Shown one piece after another: positions 41,100 to 54,215 of a stretch of DNA of 64,000 bases. This DNA comes from Cenococcum geophilum (lineage: Eukaryota), in NCBI GenBank assembly GCA_050273025.1, contig CP158636.1, forward strand, positions 2,170,001-2,234,000. Reading direction: 5' to 3'. Within the stretch, counting starts at the first letter, position 1, and every line of letters begins with the position of its first letter. Position numbers and translations under genes: made by a program. The notes beneath the pieces were generated by a model. It ran no database searches, was not told the DNA's origin, and worked only from the letters and a program-made list of their open reading frames with translations.

Positions 41100-43450
41100 T
41101 ACCCTTTATATCCTATACACCGTACTATTTACCTTAAGAGTAGGCAAATATCGCAAGGAACTAGGCTTCTGTGTAGTATAGAAAAAATATTATATAAAGT
41201 AGGACCCTATACTATAGCAAGGTAATCTAATTACCCTATTATAAAGCCTAATAAACAGTTAGGCCGCCCTCCTAACTTATTATCACAAGTTTATTAAAGC
41301 TCCTTTCTATACACTTAGTAAGAAATGCCTAATTTATATTATAAAAGTTAACTAGGTTATTATTTAAAGTATATTAGGTATAAGACTCTAAACCATCTAG
41401 CGTCTTTTAAGGAAGTAAGGTATATATAAAAGCTAAATAGTTCTACTAAACTAATATACTTATTCTCTACCTATCCCGTAGAAAAGTAAACAAAAATACT
41501 ATAAGTTAAGTAGTAGGTCCTAAGATAATTTAGATCTTAAAGGAGATAATATTAGGCTTTATACCGTAACTGTCTCTATTAAAAGGTAAGGCTATTATTA
41601 ATATACTATAATACGACCTATTATTATTAATTTTAATAACATTATCCTAACGGATAGTCCCGTTCTCGTTAGACGAAAGCCCGCGAACCCTAAGTAACTA
41701 TAAGATATCTAAAACCCACACTTGAAAGAAACGTATATATTACTTAAATGAATAACCGCTATAGGATAACTTTAGATAACGTATAAAGCAGCTACTTAGC
41801 CTAGTTAATATAAAGATATATAATATTACTTAGACACGCCTTATCGTATAAGTAATAATAGGCTTTATACCTAAAGAGCTCTATCTCTTTCTCTAGCCAG
41901 AAATAAATATAAGCGGTTTAAATATACTAATAAAGTAGATATAGAAAGAGGCGATTACTATTATAGACTGTTATAAAAACCTAATAAATAGAGCATTAAG
42001 TATACTACCGGAGCCGGCAGTACGCAAGGTTCGCGGTTTTTAAATTTAGTAGCGCTATACTAACCAATTTTTCAGCTATACGACCAGCTTAGCGTGTTTT
42101 AGTATTATATAATAAATATAGTGCGCGATACCGTTACTAGGAGCTATAACTGCCTTAAACTAGATACTGAGGCCGTAGTAGAGAAAGTAGCGGAACTACT
42201 TAAGGATAACCGCTTTACGCTTAGTAGCCTAGTTAGTACTCTACCTTTTACTATACCTAACTAACTAAGGCTAGGATAGAGAGGTAAGATTTAGGGCACT
42301 AATTATTATACGTTATATTAAGCGCGTGTTCTTTAATACTAGGCTAAAGTTACTCGCCCTTAATAAGAATAGTACTAACCTCTTCTCGCCTATTATAGCT
42401 AATACGATATAGCTTATATATGTAGTAATTTAATATGCTTTTAAGGACTATAAAAGCAGAATATAAGTTATTTATAAGTTTAAAGCTAACGCTATAATTA
42501 CAGGTAAATCTATAGGAAGCCTCTTACTATACTTACTAAAGCGTATTATAGATAGTTAGGAGCAACTATAGAATACCTAGAAGAGCTACTAACCTAAGCG
42601 TAATAAAAGGCTATGTAGGCTACTTCTATAATAAGTTAATAAAATACGGAATATAACCAGAGATAAGATACTATAGACTTAGCAGGTAATTAGCGATCCG
42701 TTTAAAAATACTATAAAAGATTTAGAGGAACTAGATCCTAAGTATAATAACAGGTTTACTTAATAACCGTATACTATAAGTATAAATATACAATATTATA
42801 TTAATCGCATCGCAATATTATATCGCGATACTCGCTATATACTATAGCACTTTACCGCCGTTTCCTATATTATAATATCGCGCTATTTTAATTGTTATAT
42901 ATGGGGTAATAAAGATAATATAATAGGACAATAATAGCCTAGCGTATTTATTATAAAGAATAAACCCTAAAACTACATATAAGGTCTCCTTCTCGTAGTA
43001 TACTAATAAGACAATTTTAATGCTATATAACTATAACATTAATACTATCTAAGCGCGCCTTAAATAAATTTAAGGTAACAATAAATAGGAAACAGGAATT
43101 AATTACCGCATCTTACGGTTTACTTTTACCGGCGAGTTTAAGGTTATAGATATTATAAATAGTACTATACTAGAGGATATAAAGGCCCGCCTATAGAGTA
43201 GAGATAGACTAGTAATATTAGAATTTACTAATAAAGAGGATAAGAGTAGAGAAGGCAGTAGAATAGATAGGGAAAATAACGGCAATAAAGAGGATAAGAG
43301 TAGAGAAGGTAGTAGGATAAACGGGGAAAATAATAGTAAGAATAACGGCGAGAATAAAGATGATTAGGGGTTTAATAGTGCGATGCTACTATCGCGGTAG
43401 GACTTATATAAATATTAAACTTAAAATAGCAGGTTAACTAAAGGGCGTTA
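41100..43450 (+). pseudogene. Degraded multi-exon gene of unknown function downstream of the transposase
   Basis: Intron-like GTAAGG...CTAAC...TAG at ~41586-41657; further GT..AG candidates; duplicated acidic C-terminal repeat at 43230-43360. Confidence 0.45.
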
Positions 43451-43539
43451 TTAGGCGTATTAAGGTTATACTATACTACTATTAGGTCAAAATATATTCT
43501 TTATATAGTATATACTAGGCATATAGAATAAGCAGAGAA

Positions 43540-44250
43540 TACTAACTATGTAAAATAAATAAAGGGTACTAACTGCGTAGAATAAGCAAAGGGTACTAAC
43601 TGCGTAGACTAAGTAAAGTATACCAATTACGCGGAATGGGTAAATACTACTAACTACGCAGACTAAGCAAATACTATTAAGTGCGTAAGAAGAGCAACGC
43701 TTATCTATTGCTTAAAGTAAGTAAGATATATAGAATACGTAAGGGGGGTATTATACGTTAATTACGCATTAAGTATAGAGAGAGCTTAATAAAATAAAGG
43801 CACTACTTACCCAGGTAGCTATAAATACGCAATTAGCTATACCGCGTTATTAGATGCGGCAGTATACTTATACCGCGTTACTAAATACGGCAGTATACTA
43901 TACCGTAATATTAGATACGGTAGAATGCTATACTACGTTATTAGATGCGGCAGAATGCTATACTACGTTATTAGATGCGGTAGAATGCTATACCGCGTTA
44001 TTAGATGCGGTAGAATACTACACTATATTATTAGATATGGTAGTATACTTATACCGCGTTGCTAGATGCGGCAGTATGCTGCACTACGTTATTAGATACG
44101 GCAGTATGCTACATCACGTTATTAGATGCGGCAGTATGCTACACTACGTTATTAGATGCGGCAGTATGCCGCACCTAAGTTAATACCATACGCTACACGT
44201 TATAGTGCGCGGATTGCGCATTTAGCCGCCAAATGCCGCCAAATGCTATA
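43540..44250. repeat. Right subterminal tandem arrays of the TIR element (~27-bp and 30-bp units)
   Basis: GGGTACTAACTGCGTAGAATAAGCAAA-type units at 43540-43680; ~11 copies of TTATTAGATGCGGCAGTATGCTACACTACG-type unit at 43840-44175; GCATTTAGCCGCCAAATGC motif shared with the left end. Confidence 0.88.
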
Positions 44251-45353
44251 AAAATGCTGGTAAATTTTTTCCTGACGTACGCAAGCTATAGAAGGACGTA
44301 TGGGTTTAGCAATAAAGGGTTTAAACTATACCGTACTGTATTACAGTCTCCGTTTAATATATTACGCTTATAACTACCTTAGCACTATAAAGACCAATTC
44401 TACTATATACTCTTAGTTTAGAAAGGCTTATAGACCTTTAATTCCGTCTAATTCCTTAGGACTATATAAGTTTATTTATAACTTAGCGCTAAGGTTTTTA
44501 TATAATAGAGAGGCTTTACTTAATTAGATAATATTACTAAAAGACTAAGAAGTATAGCAGCGAGAAGGATCTGTAATTTTAAACGTATTTAGATAGTGGT
44601 GGGATTCTAATATCTCGGCGATAATCGATAAGGAAATGCGTATATACCGCTACTATTAGCGTCTAATTAATAGGCGGCCAAATTATAGCTGGTTAAAAAT
44701 GATAGTTTATAGTCTTTACCAACAGCTAATAAGATAAAACCCTTAGTATTATTATCTCTATTACGCTCTCAGACCTAGTAGTTAGTGGCGACTCATTTCT
44801 TACCCTTATTATGCGAAATTTGCAGTTAAAGGAGACTCTACAGCTTTCCGCCATATTAATATTAATATTCCCTCACTCCTTAAAAGTAGATACAGTGCTA
44901 ATATAATCTAAGGGAGCGTTTCTCTAGATGCTAAGATTAAGGATAATTATATAATTATTTTACCTAGTATATATTACCACTTAGAATTATAGTAGGAGGA
45001 TCTTAAGGCGTAAGGGTTAACTAAGGGCAACGGATTTATTTATAAGATCTCTAACTAAGACTAGACTACTAAAGACGTAGAAAAGTATATAACTAACTAA
45101 GTAGCTTAGCTATGTAAGAAAGGAGATATATATATAACTATACCTTACCTTTCTTATAAAGCGAAAGGACCTTTAACTAAAACCTAGCAAATAATACTAC
45201 TATAGTTTATTAGTATTTAGGACGATTATAATAACCTTAAGGTCACTAAAGGAGGTACTTAGGTAGAGTTGGCAAATACGTACTAAGACTTAAGAGCGCC
45301 GCCCCATACGCCGTCTGGATATGCTAATCTCTACAGCGTAATTCCATATCACT

Positions 45354-45780
45354 TATAACGGAACCTTATAGCAAGAACTACGGTGGGTCCTATTATTGGG
45401 CTAGGTGTATAGAAAATGCAAGTATAAAAGTTAACAACGTAATAATAACTAGTGGAGTAGTTGCCTAATAGATTAACTTTAATTATATTCTAAGAATCAC
45501 TATAAAGAAGGAACTGTCTAGGTAGGGATTAAGGGTCCTTAAATATACAACCGTACTCCTATAAAATCCTTCTAGTACGTAATATACGTATACTCTATCT
45601 GCTCTATTATGGATTATATAAATCCTTTAGATTATATAGATTATATTATATAACCTTAGTTACCATTCCTCGTTATATAGCTCTATCGGCTCTATCCTAG
45701 ACCGTGCTTAAATTAACTAACTAGCTTCTTCTAACTCTTCCCTAAGTAGTTATAACATTATACTTAAAGCGTCTGTAACA
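45354..45780 (-). repeat. 3' LTR of Gypsy D1
   Basis: T(G>A)TAACGG...TGTAACA; direct repeat of 52903-53329. Confidence 0.93.
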
Positions 45781-45888
45781 CCATCTCCCTCCTTTTTATC
45801 TTTGTCCTTAAAGATTCCTAATATCTCTAAGTCGTTTACTAGAGGTATAATATCCGTCTAATTAATTTGGTTAATATCGTTACTTATT

Positions 45889-46560
45889 ATACCTAAAGTA
45901 ATTTCTTCTTCTTTAACTGCTCATCGTATTCGCACTATAGTTGCGATATTATCTCTTAGTAAGATTATACCGTCTCCGTATTCTCGTTATTTAAAAGAGG
46001 GGCTAGTTTATATTACGCTGGCAAATCCATCTTCGTAATAACCGTCCTTTTACTTAAAGTGCACTAAAGCAAATATTTATTCGTCCTATAACGTTTACTC
46101 CGTCTCTAATACTAAATATACGCGACCTATTATTCTTAATAGTTATCTAATTCCCTAATTAATTTGCTATAGGGTCTTATATTTAATCTGCTACTGCGCA
46201 GCTAGATAATAAACTGTCTGTTACTCTAGCGGAGTTACGCCATTTCTATAATACTAAATAAGAGGCTATTAAAGCTTAGCAACGGGCCCTTAAGTCTCGT
46301 CTTGCGGCGTTTACTTAGTTAATCCGTCTTAAGAAGGTTTATAAGAAGGTCCGTTTTAAGAAGTAGAAACTTATAGAATAGGGTCTATAGGAACTTAGTA
46401 ATAAAAGAACGGATTCTCTTCCAATAGAGAAGGAAATAGGTCCGAGTAGTTTAGCAACTACTCTTCTTAGGTCCCCCTTAGGTGACTTATTCTTTAGCGA
46501 TCCTTTTTTATTAATACTACCTAACCTAATTTTTTCCGATACTCCTATACCTTTCTTATA
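45889..46560 (+). pseudogene. Antisense accessory gene of Gypsy D: Zn2Cys6-like six-Cys motif, intron, coiled coil
   Basis: De-RIP MPKV...PCSRC-x6-C-x13-CSEC-x8-C at 45979-46089; candidate 55-nt intron 46118-46172; helical E/K/R/Q/L-rich second exon; homologue at ~57227-57800. Confidence 0.65.
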
Positions 46561-49500
46561 GCGTTCTTTAAATTTTTTAGTGGCTTTTAGGTAGTCTTAT
46601 TATAACCTATCCACTTAACCTTATACTATGTTTTGTTGTTAATGTCCTTGTAGCTAACAATCTTTAAAACTTATTATTTATTTTCTTCTTATCCTTTATA
46701 TATGTCTGCCTCGTAAACCGGTGGCTTAATATTCTGATATACTAGCTCTAGCATTATAATATACTATATAGGGTAGATCTTTACTTTAGCTAGTAGGTTT
46801 AACTTAAATATAACTAGTAAAATCTTCTATACAATTTTAAAGGGTCCTAGTCTAATATAGTCCAACTTCTTACTTAGTTGTCGACTCTTGAAATTTTTAT
46901 ATAGTAGCTATACTTTATCTCCCTCCTTAAGATCTAGTCCCTTAGATCTCTTAGTATTATAGTACCTTTTTATTCTTTCTTATACTTTCTTTACTAATTC
47001 CATAAGTTCTATATAAAGATTTATTAGTATCTTTATTCTCTCTTTAACTATACTACTTGTTTTCTTTACTTATTATAGTAACAATAATATTTTTAGCTCA
47101 TATCCGTAATTTGCTTTAAATAGTAATATACCTATCCCTTCTTATAGTGTTATATTATATATAAACTATATAACTAGTAATAGCGATACCCAATTATTCT
47201 ATGTATAATTAATATAATATCTTAGATACTGCTCTAATATCTAATTTAATCTTTCCGTTTAACTATTTATCTGCAGATAGTATATAGTAAAAGTTACTAC
47301 TCTAACTCCTTATTCCGCTAAGAATGCCTCCTAAAATACTACTATAAATTTTAAATCTTTATCTAATATAATCTTGCTTAGTACTCTATATCTTATAAAT
47401 ACTTCTTTAATATAGATTCTAGCGACATCTTCCGCTAAGATTTCTTCCGTATATACTATAAAGTATCCCTACTTTATAAGCTTATCTACTATTACTAAGA
47501 TTGCGTTATAATCTTATCCGGTAATAGGGTCTTTTAACTTTAGTAACTTAATAATAAAGTCCTATAATATAACCTCCTATAGTCTTTCTAATGTTTTAAT
47601 AGGTTATAGCCCTCTATATAGCTTATACCTTATTAGTTTATTCCTTTAGTAATCTAAATACTCCTTAGTGACCTTCCTAGCTATTCTCTAGATTCCATTA
47701 ATAATATACTCCTTCTAAAGTCTTAACACTAAGCCCATGGCTCCGTTGTGTCCTTAAGTTAATCCCTTATAGAATTCCTCTATAAATTACTCTGCTATGC
47801 TTCTTAGAATATACGTTACTTCTCAATTTTTGTATATATCCATCTATAGATCTTCTAGTTATACCTCTAGAATTCTTTATACCTAAAAGCTACTTAGTGT
47901 TTTATAAACTCTCTTTAGTTCCTTTTCTTAAGTTACTATAATTTTTAGGTAATTATATCTAATTAGTCTGTCTATATCTTTTTATAGTAAAGCCCCTAAT
48001 AGCTTTTCTTTATTTTATAGTTTAGCCTTCTAACTTAGAGCATTTACTTATATATTGTCCGTGCCCTTAGTATACTAAATCTTAAAATAGTATTCCGTAA
48101 GCATCTCTACCCATCTAACCTATCTTTAGTTAAGTTCCTTTATTATTAGGAATCCTATTAGGTTCTTATAATCTATCTTAACTATAAATAGTTTCTCTAT
48201 ACCTTATAAGAATACTCTTTATTCCTTTAGTACTATAACTATACCTAGTAACTCCTTATTATAGATATTATAGTTTAACTCTAGTAGTATTATTTTTTAA
48301 CTATAATATGCCACTAGGTGCCATCTATCTTAATATTTCTATATAAAGTACGCCCTTAGTATATAGTTTAATGCATCTATTTCTATAACCGTCTTTAGTC
48401 CTAGTTAGTAAATTTTAGGAACTAGCTCCTAGGTAAACAATTCCTTAATTTTCTTATATAGTTCTTACTACTCCTTTCCCTATACCTATAGTTCTTCTTT
48501 CTTTATTAGTTGCGTAAGTAGCTTAATATCCTTTAACTACTACGCTATAAACCTTCTATAGTAATTGCAAAACCCTAAAACAATCTTAACTGCGTAATAT
48601 TCTCTAGTTCTTACTAATTTACTATAGCCTCGATCTTCTTTAGATCTATATTAAGTTAGCCTAATTTAATAATAAATCCTATAAAATTAGTCTTCCTAGT
48701 AAAGAACTCGTATTTTTTAATTACTACTAGCATCTATTCTTCTTATAGTCTCTTTAAAACCCATTTAACGTATTCTTTATATTCTTCCTTAGTTATTAAG
48801 TAGATAATAATAATATTAAGATATACTATAACAAATTTATCTAAGTATTCTTCTAATACATTATTAATACGCTTCTAGAACATTACTAGCGCGTTTATAA
48901 GCCTAATTGTATAACTAATAGTTTATATAGTTCTTCCTTTAACCTAAAGGCTGCCTTCTATTTGTCGCCTTACTTAATTCTAATCTAATAGTACGCCTAT
49001 CTTAGATCTATCTTTATAAAGATTTACGCGTTACCTATCCTGTCTTAAATTTCACTAATTAAGGGTAAAGGATACCTATCCTTTTTAGTAATGCTGTTTA
49101 ACTATCTATAGTTAATATATAGCCTTAGCTTACCATTTTTCTTTAATACAAATAGTACTGGATATCCCGCTAATAATTGTAATAGTCTAATATATCCCTT
49201 TCGTAAGTTTTCTTAGATAAACTCCTTTAATGCTCTACCTTCCTCTTTAGTAAGCTTATAGATTGGAAAAAACCTTAAACTTATTCCTAGTTTCAATTCT
49301 ATCTTATAGTCCTATACTATATACTCTAACAGCTTTTTACTTTTTAGTAACTATAGTTTCTTACCATACTTACGGTATCTCTTTAGTATATGGCTTAGCC
49401 CTTTTTCTATTTCTTTATAGGTTACTCCTACTTAGTACTATACTAGCTTAACTTATTGTCGCATTTTATGGTGTTAAGTATCCCTAATATCGACCTAACC

Positions 49501-52500
49501 TATAATCTAATTAATCTTTAGATTATATTCCTGTAACTAAGGTATTCTTAGTACTACCTTATTATTTCCTAATAGTAATATATCGAAAGACATCACGATC
49601 TATCTCCCTATAATGGTTAACTAAATAGGTCCTATTTTAAGATTAATAATCCCTCCTCTATAGGCTATTAGATCTCCTAAAATTATCACTAATAGGTAAG
49701 GTTACTCTTTCTGTCTATAAGGCAATCCTATTTTTTTAACTACTACTAGCGAGATATAGTTCCTTATTGCTCTACTATCTATTAACGCCTTAAACTATTA
49801 ATCTTACCATTTAACTTATAAATTTAGGTATTAACCTTAAATTCCTTTAAGGGTCTAAGGCTCTACTACTGGCTCCCTTTGGTCCCGTAGGCCTCTACTT
49901 TTCTTAACTATTAGCTACTTAATCCTATCGCACTTAGCTTATTCTTTGGCTAATACCTAGTTCGCTTTTTATCTTTAATATACTATAAATACGTATTCTC
50001 TAGGCATTCCTACTACTATTATCTATTTAAGCATTCTTCTATAAGGAATCTTTTTAGTTAAAGTATTAAGTCGCCTAATTCCTAAACTTCCGCTAGATGC
50101 TAGCTATATATATACTTAGCATTCCTATATTATTGCTTATCTATTATCCAATATATCCTTATAGAGTATTTCCAATTCTTTTCTTTTAGATTTTTATGCA
50201 TTTTATATATATTATCTATGTATGCAATCTATAATAGCGTATAGTATACTAAGTGCTTTAGGTTAACTCTTAGTTCGTCTTTATCCTTAAGTTTAAACCT
50301 TTATTATGCTAATCTAAATATTATAACTTTATTTATAGGTACTAAGATGCGTTTCTTACTTCTTTAATCCTCTAATTGTTCCTCTAGATCTTTTAATGTT
50401 ATAATTAAGGCTCCCTTAATATAAGTTATAGCCTTTTCCGTAATCGGGTAGTCTTAGATAACTTTTTCATCTAACTACATATAGAAATCTTCCCACTTAT
50501 CATTATGTCGTTGTTTATACCACTTTTAGTATAGCTGCTAGAGTGTATATAGCTTATTCATAAGGAAGTATCTTCTTATTACTATATCGTAACAACCCTT
50601 AGTATATCGTTTCTTAAACCTAGTAGGAATCCCTAAATCCTCTTCTTATTCCAATTTAGTAAGCCACTTAGCTCTTAGTATGCCTACTCTAGGCCTATTA
50701 GTAATCCTTTATATGGGCACTCTATCCCTTATACGTCCTAATATACTAGATCTCTTATCTAGTTTCTATTCTTGCTATACAATAATTCTTTATCTAAATT
50801 CTTTTATAGTTTTCTTTAGTTTATATCTCACGCTCTAATCCTTAAAGTCTTCTTACTTTTTAATCTTAGTATTAACTTTTTAATCTTTAGGCTAAACACT
50901 ACGTTCTCCCGGTAAGTCCTCTAGGTCTATATACCTATCTCCTAGTCTAACTACTGTTTATATTATAGATTCTCTAATCTATATAGAAGCTCCCTACTTC
51001 TTACTTATAGGTGTCCTAATTTATACTCTAAATTCTTAGTCCCTTAGATTCTTTAATCCTAAGCTTGCTTCTAACTTAAGCTTAGCCCCTACCTTAGTCT
51101 AACTAGGCGTTTATAGTATTCTTATCTCTTCTTAAAAGTCTTAAATCTTATTTATCTTATTTTAAGACTCTTATACTATTAGGAATTCTTATCCCAAGCT
51201 TATTTATATATCTCTAAACTAAGCTACTACCCTACTTTATTGGTTTTCGTCCGTTATAGGTCCTTAGGTATACCTTATCTCTTCTTAAAAATCTTAGTTA
51301 TCTTTTATCTCGTTATAAGAATCTTAAGCCTTTAGCTTTTTGCCTTTATTAAGTGCCGAAGCGGTTTATTATCCTACTTCTCTTACATCTTATAAAGCAA
51401 TAGATATTATATTTAGTGGGGTCTTAATCCCTACTAATGTTCCCTATTCTATAGTAGAATTATCCTCTACTTCTAGTATAACATCTTTAAGGTCTACGTA
51501 CTCCTAGTAAGCCGCCCTTATTACCTTATCGTTATAAAATATTTCGCCTTTGTTAAATTTATTATCCTTAATATCCAATCTACAAACTGGTTTATTAGTT
51601 CCTTTATATTCTATAGATTTTGGCTCCTATAGCCAATAGCTTACGCTATATTTAGCGTCCTTATAAATTCGGTATACGTTATTATAATAAAACGCGAAAC
51701 TTCTAATTAAATATTCCTTTATTTCTCGTAATATACTATTATTTCTCTATACGTATATATCTTCTGCTACTAGTCTAGTTCCCTTTATTATATAGTAACT
51801 CTAACTATCCTTATAATCCCTTACGAAGTAACCTTATTTCCCGCAATTTATATAAGCTCCCTCTCTAAACTATTAACTTTACTATAGAGTCTGCCTAAAC
51901 GTCTTCTACTACTAAGATCCCTAGTTTAGCCTCTGCTCCTTGTTCCTATAATTACTAGATCCTTAACCTTTAGATTTCTATAGTTTCTTACTCCATTTCT
52001 TATAGGCTTCTTTAGTACCACTTAGGTCTATTAGCTCTGCGCTATACCATAGTTTCTAACTTAGCTTTAGTTATTATGTGCTCTACGTCTTATATAACTA
52101 TAAAACTTTATCCTAACCTCGCTTAGTCTATTCCCTTTAGTAGATCCTATTATTAATCTTTATTACTTAATCTATTAGTTCCCTTAGGGTATCCGCATCT
52201 TTTATTAGAATAATTACGTCCTAGACTTTAGCCTTAAGTCCTTACTTATACTGTGCCATAAGCGCCTTATTATTCCACTTAACTTATATTACTAATATTT
52301 AAAACTACGTTATATACTTAATTACTAAGGTTCGCTATATAATATCTTAGAGTTTTCTTTCCGCCATAGTTATCGCCTTTAGGTCTCTAAATATTTATAT
52401 AAGTTATTCCACAAATCCGTTCTAGCTTAAAAATATAAACTATACCTCTTAGTTTATAGTTATTATTCCGTTTACTTATATCTCTATAAGGTAAAGCTTA

Positions 52501-52902
52501 AACTATTTAAGTGCTCTTCCTATTAAGAATAACCCTGTATACGCTATTTAATCTATAGGTATTACCAGCTTTACTCTTTCTTACGCAACTTTAAAGTGTA
52601 TTTACGTAAGAAATCCTTTAAGCTTTAATCTCTCTCCTAAGAATCTTTTAATTAATAGTAACTTAACCTTTACTGCGCCTATCCCGTTAATCCTATTTTT
52701 AAGTACTACATTATTTTCTATTAACTAGTTAACTATTTCTTATAATTATCCTACTATTTCAGGTTGTTGCGAGTCAGTCCACTATACTGGTATCACCCCC
52801 TAACCTTAAAGTAGTTGCCGCCGTTAATAGCGTTATAGTGGCTGCTTTTAGTGGCATATTATTTAACTTTCTATATTTAATACTATAACTAGGTAGTAAT
52901 TA

Positions 52903-53329
52903 TATAACGGAACCTTATAGCAAGAACTACGGTAGGTCCTATTATTAGGCTAGGTATATAGGAAATGCAAGTATAAAAGTTAACAATGTAATAATAACTA
53001 GTGGAGTGGTTACCTAATAGATTAACTCTAATTATATTCTAAGAATTACTATAAAGAAGGAACTATTTAAGTAGGGACTAAAGGTCCTTAAATACACAAC
53101 CGTGCTCCTATAAAATCCTTCTAGTATATAATATACGTGTGCTCTATCTACTCTATCACGGATTATACAGATCCTTTAGATTACATAGATTACGTCACGT
53201 GACCTCGGTTACCATTCCTCGTCACATAGCTCTATCGGCTCCATCCTAAACCGTACTTAAATCAACTAACTAGCTTCTTCCGACTCTTCCCTAAGTAGTT
53301 ATAATATTGTACTTAAAGCGTCCATAACA
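52903..53329 (-). repeat. 5' LTR of Gypsy D1
   Basis: Direct repeat of 45354-45780. Confidence 0.93.
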
Positions 53330-53937
53330 TTACTTCCCTATAGTAGTTAAGCTTATAGCTACCAGCGCTCTATCTAACGCCCTTCTTAGTAAATAATAAT
53401 AGGATTCTCTAGCGGTAATTTAAGATTATAACCTTCTTCTTAATAGTAACGGGAACGAAGTTGGGAAATAGATACATTCCTACCGTCTTAGGGCCGTTAA
53501 GAATTATAAAGATACGTTTAAGCTAATGCGTGTAACTAAGATGGAATGCTTTAATAGCCGCTCTTACTTTTATTGCATTAATAATAGAATTAATCCTTTA
53601 GCTATTACGGTAGATCTAAGTAGAGTGCCCCTAGTTGTTGTAGAAGGATAGAGTTATATAGAGTTGCCTAAAGAATTATAAAATAGAACTAAGCAAATAG
53701 AAGGGCGTAAAAGAGCTATATTATCTAAGAGCCGCCAGTTTAAAGTCTCTCTTACTACTTAGCTAAGTAGATAAGAACGGTCTTATTTAACTAAAACGGA
53801 GTCTTTTTATTTACTATCTTGGGTTTATAGTAAGGGCAAGGAATGTATATAATTACCTACCGCGCCTTCGTTTTAAAGATAAGGAGTTTTAGAGTTTCGA
53901 AAGTCGTTAGGGGACAATAACTTAGGTAGGGGAGGTA

Positions 53938-54215
53938 TGTGGTGGTGTAATTTAGGCCCTAGATTTAACATCTAGAATAGGTATAGCTTTAGGAGAGCCT
54001 AGGCCTTTTATAAGTTATATAGATTGGTTTAGAGCCCTTAGAGTCTTTAATAACTTAGGCAAGACCAATAAACATATAATTTTCCTTCAATATACTCTTT
54101 TCTTTCTCTTCTTACTGCTTAATTCTGACTAATAGTGACTAACCGACAGACTGACCGACCGACTAACAGACAGCACTGAGACTTTCCTATCTTAGAGAGG
54201 TCGTACCCTCCCACA
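53938..54215 (+). repeat. LTR related to element C LTRs (probable 3' LTR of Gypsy B)
   Basis: Preceded by PPT GGTAGGGGAGGTA; TGTGGTGG...CCCTCCCACA; 3' portion (GACCGACCGAC..CAGCACTGAGACTTTCCTATC..GGTCGTACCCTCC) matches the reverse complement of the element C LTRs. Confidence 0.85.

Larger units (their letters stand above)
13825..44277. mobile_element. Large Plavaka-family TIR DNA transposon (30.5 kb with nested insertions, ~19.8 kb own sequence)
   Basis: Left end CGTTAGGAAAAAATTTACTAGCATTTT matches the reverse complement of right end AAAATGCTGGTAAATTTTTTCCTGACG apart from RIP-type C>T changes; TA on both sides (13823-13824, 44278-44279); subterminal arrays at both ends; Plavaka transposase inside. 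Confidence 0.88.
45354..53329 (-). mobile_element. Full-length Gypsy chromovirus D, copy 1 (7976 bp), RIP-degraded
   Basis: LTRs 45354-45780 and 52903-53329; 5-bp TSD TCACT/TTACT (one C>T); minus-strand PPT next to 45780; gag, protease (~49780), RT YLDD-like (~48815), RNase H, integrase, chromodomain (~46560-46700). Confidence 0.95.
4128..54215 (+). mobile_element. Gypsy B element as inferred host of the hAT, the large TIR element and Gypsy D1; probable 3' LTR at 53938-54215
   Basis: Removing the insertions at their TSDs joins pol (to ~12150) to 12190-13824, 44280-45353 and 53335-53937, then a PPT GGTAGGGGAGGTA and a TG...CA LTR. The 5' LTR and TSD lie outside the window, so the linkage is inferred. 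Confidence 0.6.

Noticed and set aside
43854..44183. 109-aa ORF as a real gene (likewise 26415-26672, 27466-27774, 27534-27770)
   Set aside because: These are translations of tandem DNA repeats with no domain signal.
13825..44277. Starship or Helitron
   Set aside because: No tyrosine-recombinase or Rep/Pif1 motifs were seen; TIRs, the flanking TA and a Plavaka transposase explain the element.
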